Shown here piece after piece: positions 28,501-42,800 of a stretch of DNA of 64,000 nt (its first letter is position 1; each line of letters starts with the position of its first letter). The position numbers were made by a program, and so were the translations under genes. The DNA lies in assembly GCA_964016885.1 (NCBI GenBank), contig OZ024750.1, forward strand, positions 30,752,001 through 30,816,000, in the 5' to 3' direction. The notes beneath the pieces are model-generated. The model worked only from the letters and a program-made list of their open reading frames with translations, was not told where the DNA came from and made no database searches. The DNA is from Eledone cirrhosa. Taxonomy: Eukaryota.

Positions 28501-31500
28501 TAGATTCAATATTATGTGAGATATTATGTAAGATAAAGCCTTTACAATGAAAATACAATAGTATAAAGGGTTAAAGCAGTACAAATATTTTATTACCAAC
28601 ATTAGTTTCATTGAAAAAGTTGTAAATATTTACCAACCTGGTGGTTTAGTGGCAGGTGAGACTGTTGTAGCAAATGATGGCAATCCTGTGAGAAAATAAC
28701 ATATTGAATTAAAAAATATAAAAAAAAACAAAAAACTTTTCAATTTATAGCTTATCCCTCATAACTTGGGCAATAGTTTGATGAAAAGAGATTGATAATG
28801 TAAGTAGCAGAATTGAAGAAAGAATCAGTGAGGTTATAAATGATATAATATGAGTGACATCATTTATGTAAACTAAATTTGTTGATGGAGTTCAAACTTT
28901 ACTGTGTAAGTGGTTGAGTGTGTATGTATATGTGTGATGACCGAACGAACACCCTCCACCTCCAATTATCTTACCAGTCTCAGTCAGAAATGACTTTATG
29001 GTTGCTAATTGAATTAAAATTTAATGATAACAATGCTATCTATTTGAATTTGAAGTGAGTATTTGCGTATTAGAACAACAGATTAATATAACTTTTAAAA
29101 TGGAAATGGACACAGGCCATATCATAAGATTGTAATAAATCACAATTAAGGTGAAGAGAAGAAATAATAAAGTTGATATCTAAAACCTTCAGTTAATTCA
29201 ATGTAGTTAGCCATATATCTGATTGCTAAATATACAATGTACCAAAGGACAAACTTAGATATAATTGACATTGAAAGATTACTGTCTCTGCAATTTTGTA
29301 TTGAATCAGATAAAATCTTATTTAAATGTTTAACCCTTTAGTATTTAAACTGGCTGTATCCAGCCAGAATTCTCTCACTTCTTTATGTTCAAACAGGCTG
29401 TAACCAGCTTCTCATCCATCATTAAGATAATGTTCTCAAAATAAATAATATCAAAATCTCATAGATTCGATATTATTTAACATAATTATTTGAGGGAAAG
29501 CCTTTACCGTGAAAATATAATAGTATATAGAGAGTAATGTAAATGCTAAAGGGTTAACATTCTCATGCTTCTTTTTTGGCATATTATAAAGATTATTATA
29601 TTTTTATGCAAATAACAGATAGGATGGGGACTTTCACCACATTTCAAAATGGCTAATTTAGTGTTGCATGGAATATATAGGCAGATATTATATTTATTTG
29701 ACACCTCTTTTAGGTAAATTTCTACAAACTATCAATAAGGTTTTTAGAAGCAGCAAGAGAAATAATTTATTTCTATAAAGGGTTCTCAGAATTGTACTTT
29801 TAAAGATTTAACATAAAGACTCTCTAAATATCTGTTACACCGAAGGTTGTAAGCTGAGAGGAAGTTGTTTTTAAATAAGCATTACCACTTTAGTTACCAA
29901 CCCGGCTAAATCCAGCTCTGTTTCTATGAAATGAAACCATCCATTTTAAATTAAAATCTTCCAACATAATTTTATATTAAGTCACTATCTTAGTAATAAA
30001 ATAATTAATGATTTTAGTAAATTTCTCAAAATTCTTCATTAATTAATTGAAATAGAGTGTATCTTATTAGAAATGCAGTCATGAAAGGATTAATGTTTCT
30101 GATGAAGTGCTTGGTTAAAGATAAGATCCAGTCATAAATCAATAACAAAGTGAAAATACATAGTTAACAATAAAGCCCTAATTTAAATCATGGTAGGCAA
30201 TATAATAATGGTTTCTGATTTAAGCACAGGGCCAACAATTTGGGAGAGAGGGGAAAGTAAATTAAATCGGCTTCAATGCATTACTGGTACTTTATTTTTT
30301 CGATCCTGTAAGGATGAAAGGCAAAGTTAACCTTGGCAGGATTTGAACTCAGAATGTAAAGGACCATAACTCTATGCTGCAAAACAGGGTGTCTGACACT
30401 CTGCTGATATTGCGAATAATAATAATTGTTTCTACTTTTGGCATAAGGCCAGCAATTACCCAGTGCATTACTGGTACTTTATTTTATTGACCCGCAAGGA
30501 TGAAAGGCAAAGTTAACCTCAGCCTGATTTGAACTCAGATCATAAAGGGCCGTAACTCTTTGCTGCAAAGCATGGCGTCCGACCCTCTACCGATACTGCC
30601 AATCCACAATAATAATGGTTTCCGATTTAGGTACAAAGTGAAGAAAGGACAATATCAATTAAATAGACCCAGTATTTGAATGATACTTGAAGGATAACGA
30701 GAGTGAGAGTGAGAGTGTGTGTGTGTGTGAGAGGGAGAGAGAGAGAGAGAGAGTGTGTGTGTGTTTGTGTGAAGAGGGAAAGCCGTGTACTAAAGTTATA
30801 TATCTGTATTTATTTATGTAGTGCAAGAGCAAAGACTGCATTGGTGCAGAGGTGATCTCAAATCACTGAAACTCAAAGTGGAGGTGCTGTGCTGGAAAGG
30901 ACCTGTCCAACTCATGCAAGCATGAAAAAACAGATGTAAAAATAGTTTGAAGATGATGATGATGATATATGTAAGATATATATAGTGTGAATTCCATATG
31001 CCATTATCTTTTTATAACAGGGTAATAGAGAAGACCCGCCTTACCTAAATACAAAGTAAAACCTACTACAGTCAGTAGGCATCTCTAACAAAATACCCCC
31101 CCCCCACCCCATCCACACCGCCCCTTTCAATGTAAAGTTATGTTGGTGCCACAACATCCAGGCCGAAACAAATGAGATCGTGTAGGTGTCACGTCAAAAA
31201 AACACACAGTCCACGCTGTAATGTGGCCGTGTAGGTAACACGGTAAAAACCTCCCAGTCCCACACTGTAAATGTGGTTGGTGTTAGGAAGGGCATCCAGC
31301 TGTAGAAAACCCGCCAGATAGTCCTATGCGAGCAAGATAACCACTCTTGCCTCAAGTGGGAAAACCCTCCGTCCAAACCCATGCAAGCATGGAACACGGA
31401 CGTTAAACGATGATGATGATGATGATGTAACTGGTTATCAATGAAATTCAACAACAAAAATTCAAGTAATTTTGAAAAAAATTCATCAAACAAACTACTC

Positions 31501-34500
31501 ACTTTTACATATTTTTGCAGATACAGATACCACCATGTTGTTTAAGGGGTAATTTGGAAAAACTTCAATTGTTATCGTCATTTGACCATTATCTTGTGGG
31601 ATATTAACTATTTTATTTGGTTGAGAGTTCTAACGAATGAAAAGAAAACTTACATTAAAAATGATATTATCCATACACATATGATATTCCCATACATATA
31701 TGATATAACACATACATATATTATATTACCATACATATATGATATAACACATACATATATTATATTACCACACATATATGATATAACACATACATATATT
31801 ATATTACCATACATATATATTATATTACCATACATATATTATATTACCATACATATATGATATAACACATACATATATTATATTACCATACATATATGAT
31901 ATAACACATACATATATTATATTACCATACATATATGATATAACACATACATATATTATATTACCACACATATATGATATAACACATACATATATTATAT
32001 TACCATACATATATTATATTACCATACATATATGATATAACACATACATATATTATATTACCATACATATATGATATAACACATACATATATTATATTAC
32101 CACACATATATGATATAACACATACATATATTATATTACCATACATATATTATATTACCATACATATATGATATAACACATACATATATTATATTACCAT
32201 ACATATATGATATAACACATACATATATTATATTACCACACATATATGATATAACACATACATATATTATATTACCATACATATATGATATAACACATAC
32301 ATATATTATATTACCATATATGATATAACACATACATATATTATATTACCATACATATATGATATAACACATACATATATTATATTACCATATATGATAT
32401 AACACATACATGTATTATATTACCATACATATATGATATAATACATACATGTATTATATTACCATACATATATGATATAACACATAAATATATTATATTA
32501 CCATACATATATGATATAACACATACATGTATTATATTACCATACATATATGATATAACACATACATATATTATATAACCATACATATATAACACATACA
32601 TATATTATATTACCATACATATATGATATAACACATACATATATTATATTACCATACATATATGATATAACACATACATGTATTATATTACCATACATAT
32701 ATGATATAACACATACATATATTATATTACCATACATATATGATATAACACATACATATATTATATAACCACACATATATGATATAACACATACATATAT
32801 TATATAACCATACATATATAACACATACATATATTATATTACCATACATATATGATATAACACATACATGTATTATATTACCATACATATATGATATAAC
32901 ACATACATATATTATATTACCATACATATATGATATAACACATACATATATTATATTACCATACATATATAACACATACATATATTATATTACCATACAT
33001 ATATGATATAACACATACATGTATTATATTACCATACATATATGATATAACACATACATATATTATATTACCATACATATATGATATAACACATACATAT
33101 ATTATATTACCATACATATATAACACATACATATATTATATTACCATACATATATAACACATACATATATTATATTACCATACATATATGATATAACACA
33201 TACATATATTATATTACCATACATATATGATATAACACATACATATATTATATTACCATACATATATGATATAACACATACATATATTATATTACCATAC
33301 ATATATAACACATACATATATTATATTACCATACATATATGATATAACACATACATATATTATATTACCATACATATATGATATAACACATACATATATT
33401 ATATTACCATACATATATGATATAACACATACATATATTATATTACCATACATATATGATATAACACATACATATATTATATTACCATACATATATGATA
33501 TAACACATACATATATTATATTACCATACATATATGATATAACACATACATATATTATATTACCATACATATATGATATAACACATACATATATTATATT
33601 ACCATACATATATGATATAACACATACATATATTATATTACCATACATATATGATATAACACATACATATATTATATTACCATACATATATGATATAACA
33701 CATACATATATTATATTACCATACATATATGATATAACACATACATATATTATATTACCATACATACATGATATAACACATACATATATTATATTACCAT
33801 ACATACATGATATAACACATACATATATTATATTACCATATTTATATGATATAACACATACATATATTATATTACCATACATATATGATATAACACATAC
33901 ATGTATTATATTACCATACATATATGATATAACACATACATGTATTATATTACCATACATATATGATATAACACATACATATATTATATTACCATACATA
34001 TATGATATAACACATACATATATTATGATATCAACTTAAATGTATTACACATACATATATTATAATTGTTTCTACTTTTGGCACAAGGCTAGCAATTATC
34101 CCAGTTTATTACTGGTACTTTATTTTATCAACCCGGTAAGGATGAAAGGCAAAGTTAACCTTGGCGGGATTTGAACTCAGTCTGTAAAGGGATGTAACTG
34201 CACTGCAAAGCATGGTGTCCGACTCTCTACAGATACTGCCAATCCACCGCCCTAAATATATTATAATATTATACACATAAATATATATTACTATACATAT
34301 ATGATATTACCATACATATAATATTACACATACATATATTATATTACCATACATATACATTACACATACCCATATTATGATATTACACATACATATATGA
34401 TATCAACATACACATATGTTGTAACACATACATGTATTATGATATTACAACACATATATGATATTATAATCTATCTATCTATATGTATATATACTAAAAC

Positions 34501-34657
34501 TTTGTGATTGCTTTCTAGTCTGTAATGTAATACAGCCAAAAGAGCACATAATGGGAAAATAAGATGACCCTGAAATTGGAATACAAATGGAATAAAACAA
34601 GGTTCGCGTCAATTGGAGCACAGCTTCCCAAGATATGGGGTTTTTCCAGGTACCTTC

Positions 34658-34731
<74 letters not shown>

Positions 34732-35363
34732 TAGATAGTGGTTGTGAGAGTAGATTGAAAGAGAGAATTAGAGAGAGAGAGGAGACAGAGAAGGAGAATG
34801 GAAGAGGGAGAGAGAGCTGGTGTTGGTGTTGTGTATATATATATATGTGAGTGTGTATGTATATATATATATATATATAGTAAGGTGTATTATTGGTTGT
34901 GTCAAACGGTCCAATAACATATTTGTTAGCAATATTAAGTACTCCACGCTTTTGTATATCTCCAATTCCATTCAAGGGACCAGCTAGATGATGTAAAATG
35001 GAGTATTTGTATCAAAATAAAGATCCGAAGGCATGGTATAAATTTCCAATCATTTAAATCACGACACATGTTTCAATAAGAGATAGATCGATCGTGTAGC
35101 CATGATCGATTATCACTGATCTTGTCAAGTGAAAATGAAATTGTCTTCAATGTTCACTCAAAGAGTTTAGTCCCTCATATGAGGGACTAAACTCTGTGAG
35201 TGAACATCGTTAATTTTCTCCCTCATATCAAGGATTTGAAGACAATTCATTTTCACTTGATGAGATCAGTGATAATCGATCATGGCTACACGATCGATCT
35301 ATCTCTTATTGAAACATGTGTCATGATTAAAATGATTGGAAATTTATACCATGCCTTTGAATC

Positions 35364-35408
<45 letters not shown>

Positions 35409-38400
35409 GTGTGTGCCTATGACTAGTGTATATAGATCACAAACACCAACATATATATATATATATAAACACACACACACATACATATATATGTATACAC
35501 ACACACATATATATACATGGGCCTTGCAGTTTCGTTTCACATTATATACATGTCTGTGTATATTTTAATTATCTAAAAATTATTTCTAAGTGAACATGAT
35601 TTAAAAAAAAAATTTTGAAGTGAACGTGACCCAATGGGTCATGGGTGGTCTAATATACTACTAAAACTCTGTGATTGCTTGCTTGCTTGTGTGTAATGTA
35701 ATACAGCCAAAACATTGCATAATGGGAAAATACTTTGAAAGGAAGTTGCTCCTGAAATGGGAATACAAATGGAATAAAACACGTTTTGTGTAAATCGGAG
35801 CATGGGTGCCCGAGATATGGGTTTTTTCCTTCAGGAATAGACAGAGAAAAAGATAGAGAGAAAGAGATAGTGGTTGTGAGAGAGTAGATTGAAAGAAAGA
35901 CATGTCTGTGTATATTTTAATTATTTAAAAATTATTTTTAAGTGAACATGATTTAAAAAAATAATTTTAAGTGAACGTGACCCTACAGGTCACGGTTGGT
36001 CTAGTATATTATAATATAACACATACATGTACGATATCAACATACATATATTATGATATTACCATACATATATCATATTACACAGATATATGATAACCAA
36101 ACAGTATAAAAAAAATTATTATTAAAACCAATTGGCAGAAACAGTAGGACACTATAATTAAAACAAAAATGTATGAGAGTAAGTTAATTACATTTTTGGC
36201 ACAGATAATACAAATAAAATAAGATGATATTTTACAAATACTGTAAATATTATTTCTACTTTTGGCACAAGGCCAGCAATTTAAAAGGAAAGGTAATAGC
36301 ATTACTGGTATGATTTTATCCAACCCCGTAAGGATGAAAGGCAAAGTTAACCTTGGTGGAATTTGAAAAATCCAGAATATAAAATAACATAACTATATGC
36401 TGCAAAGCATGTTGTCTGATGCTCTACTGATTCTGCCAATGGACCACAAATACTGCAAATATCAACAAGAGAAACAGCAAATGACCAACAAACTACCTTG
36501 ATTGTATATAGTGCAGAAGGATTTGATAATTTAACAGTATATTCTTTGACATTCTTATGTGTAGGAAGATAAATTGTCGCTCCAGCATCAAGAATGAAAC
36601 CAATTTCTAATGTGATAGTTCTTTTAGATGTAATATTAGTTTTCCAGCCAACATTTGGTCTGACATCACCAGGTAACCCAGAATCAGGATATAAGGTGAT
36701 TGCTGTATCAGGGATGAAAGTAGGATCATCCATTGCTTCTGATAGTTCACACAGTCCTGTTAAATAAAACAATTACATATTTCTTATATAGTGTCAAAGT
36801 GAATTGTTAATCGTTAAATGATTTAACACAAATATGAAACTGTATATTGATCTGTCTTATTTGATACACTATTGCAGATTAACTTTACTGTTATATTATA
36901 ACAAAGAAAAAAGAATGAACTCTAAGATTTAAGTCTCTCTTGTGGCTGGAGGCTTATCAGCCTGGTGCTTATCCTGGTTTCTGTGGTGTGAAGAGAACGA
37001 GAGCACAAGACTTCCCACTTGACAGGATGCCGGTCCATCACAGGGTTAAAGTCTGTCTGGAGCCCGGAGTCATCAGGCTGGGGCTTATTCCAGTTCCCAT
37101 GACTTTAAGCAATTGTGAGTACCGAAGGACAGGACGCCACTCCATTGCAGGGTTAAACTCTGTCTCAAGCCGAGAGGCCCATTAGTCCAGTGCTTATCCC
37201 TGGTTTCTTTGGTATTAAGTGACAGAGAGTACAAAACTTCTCCCAGGATAGGATGCCAGTCCACTGCAGGGTTAAAGTCTATCTCAAGCCCAGAGGCTCA
37301 TCAAGCTGGTGCTTGTCATGGTTTCGATGGCTTTAAGCGACTACGAGTACAATATCACCCCCTGGTTAGGTCACTAGTTCATCACAGAGTTTAACTCCCA
37401 TCCACTGTTGTTACTCATTTTCAGCTGAGTATACTGGAGCAATGTGAAATGAAGTGTTCTGGCCAAGAACACAATACACAACCCAGTCCAGGAACCAAAC
37501 CCACGACATTATGATCCTAAGTCCAACACCCTTACCACTAGGCCATGTGCATCTGCATATCAATGACAGAATAAATATATATGTATCTTTCCAACCCTCA
37601 AAGGGTGTATGGAATTCATATGGTATGCAATGCTGCAGAACTTTGTACAAAACTGTTATTGCAGTTGGCATCTCTTCGTAATTAAGTGTCAGTATATATT
37701 TTTTATATATGTTAAATGTGGGAAATTTGGTTGCTATTTTTTGCAGGTAGAGCAACCCTTACCTATGGTCATGAATCTTGGGTAATGTCTGAAAGAATAT
37801 GATCGCAAATACAAGTGGCTGAAATGGTGTTCCTTTGAAGTGTTTTTGGATAGAGTGTGTAGCTTGGAGATCAGAGGCTCACTCCAGGTTGAGCCACTAC
37901 TCCAAATTAAGAAATCACAGTGTCGATACTATTGGCTTGTGGTTAGAATGTCTCCGAAATGAATCGCTGGACAGATTTTATGGGCAAAACAAACTGGCAG
38001 GAGGCCTAGTGTTAGTCCCTGCGGAAGATGGTTGGATAACATCCATGAGCTTGGTTGGTCACTCTTGGGGATCCAGCCAAATCAGTTGGAGATGGTTGAG
38101 GACCCTTCCCCCATAACTCTCTCAAGAATAAGTGGCGAAGAAGAAGAGAAGAGAGCAACTACTTAGAGGCATACTTGTGGGTCTTAGAAAGTGGTATCAC
38201 TATTTTATATCAGCCACAGCACATTTCTGTGTAACTCCTCACTTCCTTTTATCATTGTAATAACAACAACAACAATAATAATTGTTTCTACTGTTTGGCA
38301 CAAGGCCAGCAATTACCCAGTACATTACTGGTACTGTATTTTATCGACCCCGTAAGGATGAAAGGCAAAGTTAACCTCGGCGGGATTTGAACTCAGAATG

Positions 38401-39813
38401 GCAAGGGCCGTAACTCTATGCGTCAAAGCTATGGCGTCCGACCCTCTACCGATACTGCCAATCCACCGCCTATAATAATAATTGTTTCTACTTTAGGCAC
38501 AAAGCCAGCTATTTGAAGGGGAGGGGAAAGTGGATCAAATCAACCCTAGTGCATTACAGGTACGTTATTTATCGACCCTGTAAGGATGAAAGGCAAAGCT
38601 AACCCCAGTGGGATTCGAACTCAGAATGTAAAGGGCCATAACTCCAGGCTGGAAAACATGGTGTCTGACGCTCTACTTATACTACCTATAATAATAATAA
38701 CGATAATAATTTTTTCTACTGTTGGCACAATGCCGGCAATTACCCCACTACATTACAGGTACTTTATTTTATGGATAAATAATAGTTGTTTCTACTATTG
38801 GCACAAGGCCAGCAATTACCCCACTACATTACAGGTACTTTATTTTATGGATAAATAATAGTTGTTTCTACTATTGACACAAGGCCAGCAATTACCCCAC
38901 TACATTACAGGTACTTTATTTTATGGATAAATAATAGTTGTTTCTACTATTGGCACAAGGCCAGCAAATACCCCACTACATTACAGGTACTTTATTTTAT
39001 GGATAAATAATAGTTGTTTCTACTATTGGCACACGGTCGGCAATTACCCCACTACATTACAGGTACTTTATTTTATGGATAAATAATAGTTGTTTCTACT
39101 ATTGGCACAAGGCCAGCAATTACCTCACTACATTACTGGTACTTTATTTTATCGATCCCGTAAGGATGAAAGGCAAAGCTAACCTCAGCGGGATTTGAAC
39201 TCAGATCATAAAGGGACGTAACTCTATGCTTCAAAGCATGGTGTCCAACTCTCTACTGATACTGCCAATCCACTGCCCAAAATAATATTAATCCACCCAT
39301 TAATAATATTAAGAGTAACATAAATAATTGTTTCTACTTTTGGCACGAGACCAGCAAATACCCAGTACATTACTGGTACTTTATAAATAATGTATAAGGA
39401 AAATAAGAAACATTGTAAAGATAAAGACTAAACTGAATACTTGGAAGTAGGGCACAAAAAAGCAACAAATATTGTAAAGTTGAAATGGAGGCACATGGCT
39501 TAGTGGTGAGAGCATTGGCCTTGCAATCGAAAGGTTGCGAGTTGTTTCCTTGAGCAAGACACTTTATTTCACAGCTGTAGAAATGAGGTGATAGGACTGG
39601 TCCCTATCATTCCACTGCAAAGTGGTCGTGGAGGTGCCACGGCAAAAAAGCACCCAGCCCACACTGTAAAGTGGACGTGTAGGCGCCACAAAATAAAAAA
39701 AAGAACCCAGCACTCACTGTAAATGAGGTTGGTGTTAGGAAGGGCTTCCAGCTGTAGAAATCAAGCCAGAATCAGTTCCCGTCCCACCCTTGCAAGCAGG
39801 GAAAAGCGGATGT

Positions 39814-39875
<62 letters not shown>

Positions 39876-42800
39876 ACAGACAAAATAAATAGGAGATGGT
39901 TTTATAAACAGACTTACCATTATAGGTAGATAGTATTGTTGATAAAGTTTTACTTGTAGAACTTCCAACAGTAAACTGTGTACCGGTTGTTGCAGGCAGA
40001 CTAATAGTACTACTACCGGTATATGGTACGGTAGATGACATTGGTGAAAAACTAACAGTGGTGAATGGTACAGGAGATGACATTGGTGGAAAACTAACAG
40101 TGGTGAATGGTAGAGTAGATGACATTGGTGGAAAACTAAGAGTGGTGAATGGTAGTTTTGGTGTAGTAATGATAGGGGTAGATGGTATTTTAGTACTGAC
40201 TGGGGTAGATGGTATTTTAGTACTGACTGGGGTGGATGGTAGTGTTGGTGTAGTATTGACAGGGGTGGATGGTATTTTAGTAATAACAGGGGTGGATGGT
40301 ATTTTAGTAATAACAGGAGTAGATGGTATTTTAGTACTGACTAGGGTGGATGGTATTTTAGTACTGACTGGGGTGGATGGTAGCGTTGGTGTAGTAATGA
40401 CAGGGGTAGATGGTATTTTAGTACTGACTGGGGTGGATGGTATTTTGGTAATAACAGGGGTGGATGGTATTTTAGTACTGACAGGGGTAGATGGTAGCGT
40501 TGGTGTAGTAATAACAGGGGTGGATGGTATTTTAGTAATAACAGGGGAGGATGGTATTTTAGTACTGACTGGGGTGGATGGTAGTGTTGGTGTAGTAATG
40601 ACAGGGGTAGATGGTATTTTAGTACTGACTGGGGTGGATGGTATTTTGGTAATAACAGGGGTGGATGGTATTTTAGTACTGACAGGGGTAGATGGTAGCG
40701 TTGGTGTAGTAATAACAGGGGTGGATGGTATTTTAGTACTGACAGGGGTGGATGGTATTTTAGTAATAACAGGGGAGGATGGTATTTTAGTACTGACTGG
40801 GGTGGATGGTAGTGTTGGTGTAGTAATGACAGGGGTAGATGGTATTTTAGTACTGACAGGGGTAGATGGTATTTTGGTAATAACAGGGGTGGAAGGTATT
40901 TTAGTAATAACAGGGGTGGATGGTATTTTAGTAATAACAGGGGTGGATGGTATTTTAGTAATAACAGCAGTGGATGGTATTTTAGTACTGACAGGGGTAG
41001 ATGGTATTTTAGTACTGACAGGGGAGGATGGTATTTTAGTAATAACAGGGGTGGATGGTATTTTAGTAATAACAGCGGTGGATGGTATTTTAGTAATAAC
41101 AGGGGTGGATGGTATTTTAGTAATAGCAGGGGTGGATGGTATTTTAGTACTGACAGGGGTAGACGGTATTTTAGTTATAACAGCAGTGGATGGTATTTTA
41201 GTACTGACAGGGGTAGATGGTAGCGTTGGTGTAGTAATAACAGGGGTGGATGGTATTTTAGTAATAACAGGGGTGGAAGGTATTTTAGTAATAACAGGGG
41301 TGGATGGTATTTTGGTAATAACAGGGGTGGAAGGTATTTTAGTAATAACAGGGGTGGATGGTATTTTGGTAATAACAGGGGTGGAAGGTATTTTAGTAAT
41401 AACAGGGGTGGATGGTATTTTAGTAATAACAGGGGTGGATGGTATTTTAGTAATAACAGCAGTGGATGGTATTTTAGTACTGACAGGGGTAGATGGTATT
41501 TTAGTAATAACAGGGGAGGATGGTATTTTAGTAATAACAGGGGTGGATGGTATTTTAGTAATAACAGGGGTGGATGGTATTTTAGTAATAACAGGGGTGG
41601 ATGGTATTTTAGTAATAACAGGGGTGGATGGTATTTTAGTACTGACAGGGGTAGATGGTAGCGTTGGTGTAGTAATAACAGGGGTGGATGGTATTTTAGT
41701 ACTGACAGGGGTGGATGGTATTTTAGTAATAACAGGGGAGGATGGTATTTTAGTACTGACTGGGGTGGATGGTAGTGTTGGTGTAGTAATGACAGGGGTA
41801 GATGGTATTTTAGTACTGACAGGGGTGGATGGTAATTTAGTAATAACAGGGGTAGATGGCATTTTAGTAATAAAAGGGGTGGATGGTATTTTGGTAATAA
41901 CAGGGGAGGATGGTATTTTAGTACTGACTGGGGTGGATGGTAGTGTTGGTGTAGTAATGACAGGGGTAGATGGTATTTTAGTACTGACAGGGGTAGATGG
42001 TATTTTGGTAATAACAGGGGTGGAAGGTATTTTAGTAATAACAGGGGTGGATGGTATTTTAGTAATAACAGCAGTGGATGGTATTTTAGTACTGACAGGG
42101 GTAGATGGTATTTTAGTAATAACAGGGGAGGATGGTATTTTAGTAATAACAGGGGTGGATGGTATTTTAGTAATAACAGGGGTGGATGGTATTTTAGTAA
42201 TAACAGGGGTGGATGGTATTTTAGTAATAACAGGGGTGGATGGTATTTTAGTACTGACAGGGGTAGATGGTATTTTAGTTATAACAGCAGTGGATGGTAT
42301 TTTAGTACTGACAGTGGCAGATGGTATTTTAGTAATAACAGGGGTGGATGGTATTTTGGTAATAACAGGGGTGGATGGTATTTTGGTAATAACAGGGGTG
42401 GATGGTATTTTAGTAATAACAGGGGTGGATGGTATTTTAGTAATAACAGGGGTGGATGGTATTTTAGTAATAACAGGGGTGGATGGTATTTTAGTAATAA
42501 CAGGGGTAGATGGTATTTTAGTAATAACAGGGGTAGATGGTATTTTAGTAATAACAGCAGTGGATGGTATTTTAGTACTGACAGGGGCAGATGGTATTTT
42601 AGTAATAACAGGGGTGGATGGTATTTTGGTAATAACAGGGGTGGATGGTATTTTAGTAATAACAGGGGTGGATGGTATTTTAGTAATAACAGGGGTGGAT
42701 GGTATTTTGGTAATAACAGAGGTGGATGGTATTTTAGTACTGACAGGGGTAGATGGTATTTTAGTAATAACAGGGGTGGATGGTATTTTAGTAATAACAG

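Larger units (their letters stand above)
26978..28901. repeat. ~425-bp direct duplication (26978-27400 and 28478-28901) carrying the 48-nt exon
   Basis: Near-identical blocks offset by 1500 bp. Confidence 0.92.

Noticed and set aside
31582-33999. [13 protein letters not shown]-repeat ORFs
   Set aside because: Translation of a 39-bp intronic minisatellite, broken by out-of-frame units.
39772-39917. Poly-His C-terminus of the 1465-aa ORF
   Set aside because: Lies past the donor at 39918; it is the (GAT)n tail of an intronic SINE.
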